Shown here one piece after another: positions 15,148 to 16,933 of a stretch of DNA of 16,933 nt. The position numbers and the translations under genes were made by a program. The stretch lies in contig CALGBY010000015.1 of NCBI GenBank assembly GCA_937886445.1, forward strand, positions 1 through 16,933, written 5' to 3'. Below the pieces are notes generated by a model. That model saw only the letters and a program-made list of their open reading frames with translations, was not told the DNA's origin and made no database searches. Every line of letters starts with the position of its first letter. Within the stretch, counting starts at the first letter, position 1. The DNA is from an uncultured Clostridia bacterium (GTDB lineage: Bacteria > Bacillota > Clostridia > Christensenellales > Aristaeellaceae).

Positions 15148-15800
15148 CAAAGAAAACGGGAAAAAAGAAAAAGACCGCGCGGCTGCTGAAGATCCTGCTG
15201 GGGCTGTTCCTGGCCGGTGTGATCCTTGTCGCGGCTGGCTTCGGCGCGCTGTGCATATCGGAAGAACACTACCGCGGCCGTCAGGATCTGTATGCCGGTG
15301 ATGTGATCCTTGTGCCGGGCAGCCAGGTGTATCAAAACGGTGATCTCAGCCTGAACCTGACCTACCGGCTTCAGCTGGCGCTGGAGGCCTGGCAGACAAG
15401 GCCGCGCATGATCTGCGTGTGCGGCGGTCAGGGCAGCGACGAGCCCATGCCGGAGGCGGTGCGCATGAAGCAGTGGCTGTGCGAACACGGCGTGCCGGAA
15501 GAGCAGATCCTTACCGAGGATACCAGCACGAACACGCTGGAAAACATGCGCAACGCGCGTGCCCTGATGCCGGATGTGAGTGATATACTGCTTGTGACCA
15601 GCGATTTTCATGTGCCCAGAGCGGCCGCAGCGGCCGAAAGCATGGGCTTTACCGTGCATACCGCCTCCGCCCGCATCAGCGAAAACTGGTGGCTCAGGCA
15701 TCACACGCGTGAGCTGCTCGCGTGGGTCAAGTGGGAGATGTATGACCTGTTCGGCTGGGAGATCGGCTTTACGGTAAAAATGGGGCAGAGCATTTTCTGA
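15144..15800 (+). CDS. DUF218 (YdcF/ElyC/SanA-like) membrane-anchored protein
   Basis: TTG start overlapping the upstream TGA (TTGA). Lys-rich N-terminus plus one TM anchor, then ILVPG...RL..A......I.VCGGQG...EA..M..WL...GVP...I..ED.STNT.EN...LLVTSDFH.PRA, typical of DUF218. The start codon is uncertain. Confidence 0.75.
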   Translation: MTKKTGKKKKTARLLKILLGLFLAGVILVAAGFGALCISEEHYRGRQDLYAGDVILVPGSQVYQNGDLSLNLTYRLQLALEAWQTRPRMICVCGGQGSDEPMPEAVRMKQWLCEHGVPEEQILTEDTSTNTLENMRNARALMPDVSDILLVTSDFHVPRAAAAAESMGFTVHTASARISENWWLRHHTRELLAWVKWEMYDLFGWEIGFTVKMGQSIF

Positions 15801-15932
15801 GCCGCCCGCAGACGGACGGGCGGGACGCGGGTGAGCCCTTTTCCGGGCACTGCCTTCTGTAAATGAAGGCACCGCCCGCGGACGAACGATGAGGCGCTTT
15901 TCGGAGTGTTTTCGTGGTGTGAAGAATCGGAA

Positions 15933-16050
15933 GATCGGGTTCGGCCGATTTTCAAACGGCCTGTTTGAGATCATCCGGAGGGTAGGCTGTAATCTTTATG
16001 ATCGGGTTCAGCCGATCTTCAAACAGCCCGTTTGAAATTATCCGGAGGGT
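15933..16050. repeat. Imperfect 51-nt tandem direct repeat (two copies, 67-nt period), each with two conserved hairpins
   Basis: 15933..15983 and 16000..16050 match at 45 of 51 positions. Each copy contains GATCGG-N6-CCGAT(T/C) and TCAAAC-N5-GTTTGA stems, followed by ATCCGGAGGGT. Confidence 0.85.
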
Positions 16051-16106
16051 GTGCCATATGTATATGCGTCCCGTACCGGAACCGTTTTTGACTGCAAAAA
16101 AATCAT

Positions 16107-16135
16107 TTGACGAAACGCGTTGTGTGTGTTATACT
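16107..16135 (+). promoter_or_regulatory. Strong SigA-type promoter for the tRNA operon
   Basis: TTGACG - 17 nt (ending TGT, extended -10) - TATACT, about 30 nt upstream of tRNA-Thr. Confidence 0.65.
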
Positions 16136-16166
16136 ATCCGTTGCCGGTCGATCCGGTACACGGTAT

Positions 16167-16243
16167 GCCGATATAGCTCAGTTGGCCAGAGCGGCTGATT
16201 CGTAATCAGCAGGTCAAGGGTCCGAATCCCTTTATCGGCTCCA
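16167..16243 (+). tRNA. tRNA-Thr (anticodon CGU), CCA encoded
   Basis: Manual cloverleaf: acceptor GCCGATA/TATCGGC, D arm GCTC/GAGC, anticodon arm GCTGA-TTCGTAA-TCAGC, T arm AAGGG-TCCGAAT-CCCTT, then T-CCA. Confidence 0.85.
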
Positions 16244-16247
16244 TTTT

Positions 16248-16324
16248 CGAGGCGTAGCGCAGCTTGGTAGCGCGTTTGGTTCGGGACCAAAAGGCCGTGG
16301 GTTCAAATCCCGTCGCCTCGACCA
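16248..16324 (+). tRNA. tRNA-Pro (anticodon CGG), CCA encoded
   Basis: Acceptor CGAGGCG/CGCCTCG (C1:G72 and A73, typical of bacterial tRNA-Pro), D arm GCGC/GCGC, anticodon arm TTTGG-TTCGGGA-CCAAA, T loop TTCAAAT, then A-CCA. Confidence 0.85.
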
Positions 16325-16327
16325 AAT

Positions 16328-16369
16328 AAGGCAGTAGATTTTGATAGAAGGTCTGCTGCCTTTTCTTTG
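16328..16369 (+). terminator. Intrinsic terminator after the tRNA pair
   Basis: AAGGCAGTAGA...TCTGCTGCCTT stem followed by TTCTTTGT. Confidence 0.7.
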
Positions 16370-16477
16370 TCGAAATATCTGGTTTTAAATGTACTGCGGC
16401 TGCCTGCTATATCAGAAGCGGGATTCCTGTAGTACAATAGTAAAAGAAACTTTATGTTTGTTAATGGAGTAAATAAT

Positions 16478-16933
16478 ATGAAAATAGGCTTTAGGCAAGC
16501 TTCCGCAGAAGATGCAGAACTTCTGGTCAACATATATAATGCCTCTTTTTACAGCGATTATATACGATTCGGGGTATGTCCCGGATATGGAAGAACAAAA
16601 GAAAATATGGAAACTTCAATTAAGACAGTTCCAAAATTTGTTATATCATGTGACGATAAGCCTGTTGGCTGCGTATCGTGTGAAAAAATAGGTGCATATG
16701 AATATGAGATCGGTGCATTGTGCATTATTCCTGAATATCAAGGCAGAGGAATAGGTACGCAGGCGATCGAGTTTATTAAAATGTATTTTGAAGATTGTAA
16801 GAGATTTACTTTAGTAACTCCAACTGATAAGAAGGAAAATGTAAGGTTTTACACTGAAAAATGTGGCTTTAAAATTGTATCTACTGAAAAAGAAGGAAAT
16901 GTTGAACTTACCAGATTTGTAATGGAGAGATAA
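16478..16933 (+). CDS. GNAT-family N-acetyltransferase (AT-rich, likely acquired)
   Basis: ATG 16478 (MKIGFRQASAEDAELL) with GGAG 8 nt upstream. Acetyl-CoA motif A is YQGRGIGTQA. TAA stop at 16931-16933. Composition is about 1/3 GC, unlike the core. Confidence 0.85.
   Translation: MKIGFRQASAEDAELLVNIYNASFYSDYIRFGVCPGYGRTKENMETSIKTVPKFVISCDDKPVGCVSCEKIGAYEYEIGALCIIPEYQGRGIGTQAIEFIKMYFEDCKRFTLVTPTDKKENVRFYTEKCGFKIVSTEKEGNVELTRFVMER

Noticed and set aside
9756-15974. Other long opposite-strand ORFs (for example 10224..11045 +, 11974..12981 -, 13279..14043 -, 14221..15150 -, 15141..15974 -)
   Set aside because: All lie antisense to genes with unambiguous motifs (ABC-F, RadC, AKR, DUF218). They show the amino-acid bias expected of non-coding frames in GC-rich DNA.
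15933-16050. Possible CRISPR array
   Set aside because: There are only two imperfect copies, 51 nt long and separated by 16 nt. There are no cas genes, and the geometry is incompatible with repeat-spacer architecture.
15998-16198. 66-aa ORF, and the 16058 ATG with a well-spaced GGAGGG, in the repeat/tRNA leader region
   Set aside because: The reading frame runs through the tRNA promoter and into tRNA-Thr. The two repeat copies are in different frames, and their substitutions are mostly non-synonymous.

Overview
The window is mostly high-GC (roughly 55-60% by eye) chromosomal DNA that looks Firmicutes/Clostridia-like: strong GGAGG-type ribosome-binding sites, SigA-type promoters and an L-box. 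It is bracketed by two AT-rich segments of about one-third GC. At the left edge is a 5'-truncated but catalytically intact IS200/IS605-family TnpB. At the right edge is a GNAT acetyltransferase just downstream of a tRNA-Thr/tRNA-Pro pair. From left to right, the high-GC core holds: (1) a translationally coupled pair of COG0523/G3E P-loop metallochaperone-like genes. The first has an extreme His/Cys/Asp linker built from in-frame DNA repeats. The second lacks the CxCC motif and ends in a CCxxD Cys-rich domain. (2) A convergent NhaC-family transporter with a complete promoter, lysine riboswitch (L-box), terminator and RBS leader. (3) An HxxxD condensation-like acyltransferase translationally coupled to a zinc-ribbon polytopic membrane protein. 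(4) On the minus strand, an arm-less, long-linker (ARE-like) ABC-F gene preceded by a mini-uORF/terminator leader and followed by an MFS transporter with its own promoter. (5) secG, then a housekeeping-type long ABC-F, radC, an Fe-S aldo/keto reductase and a DUF218 (YdcF/SanA-like) gene. (6) A 365-nt non-coding stretch with a structured 51-nt tandem repeat, a strong promoter and the two tRNAs. I see no CRISPR array, rRNA or recognisable defence system. The best candidates for follow-up are the metallochaperone pair, the putative antibiotic-responsive ABC-F locus and the unexplained repeats. All family assignments come from motif recognition in the supplied translations, not from database searches.
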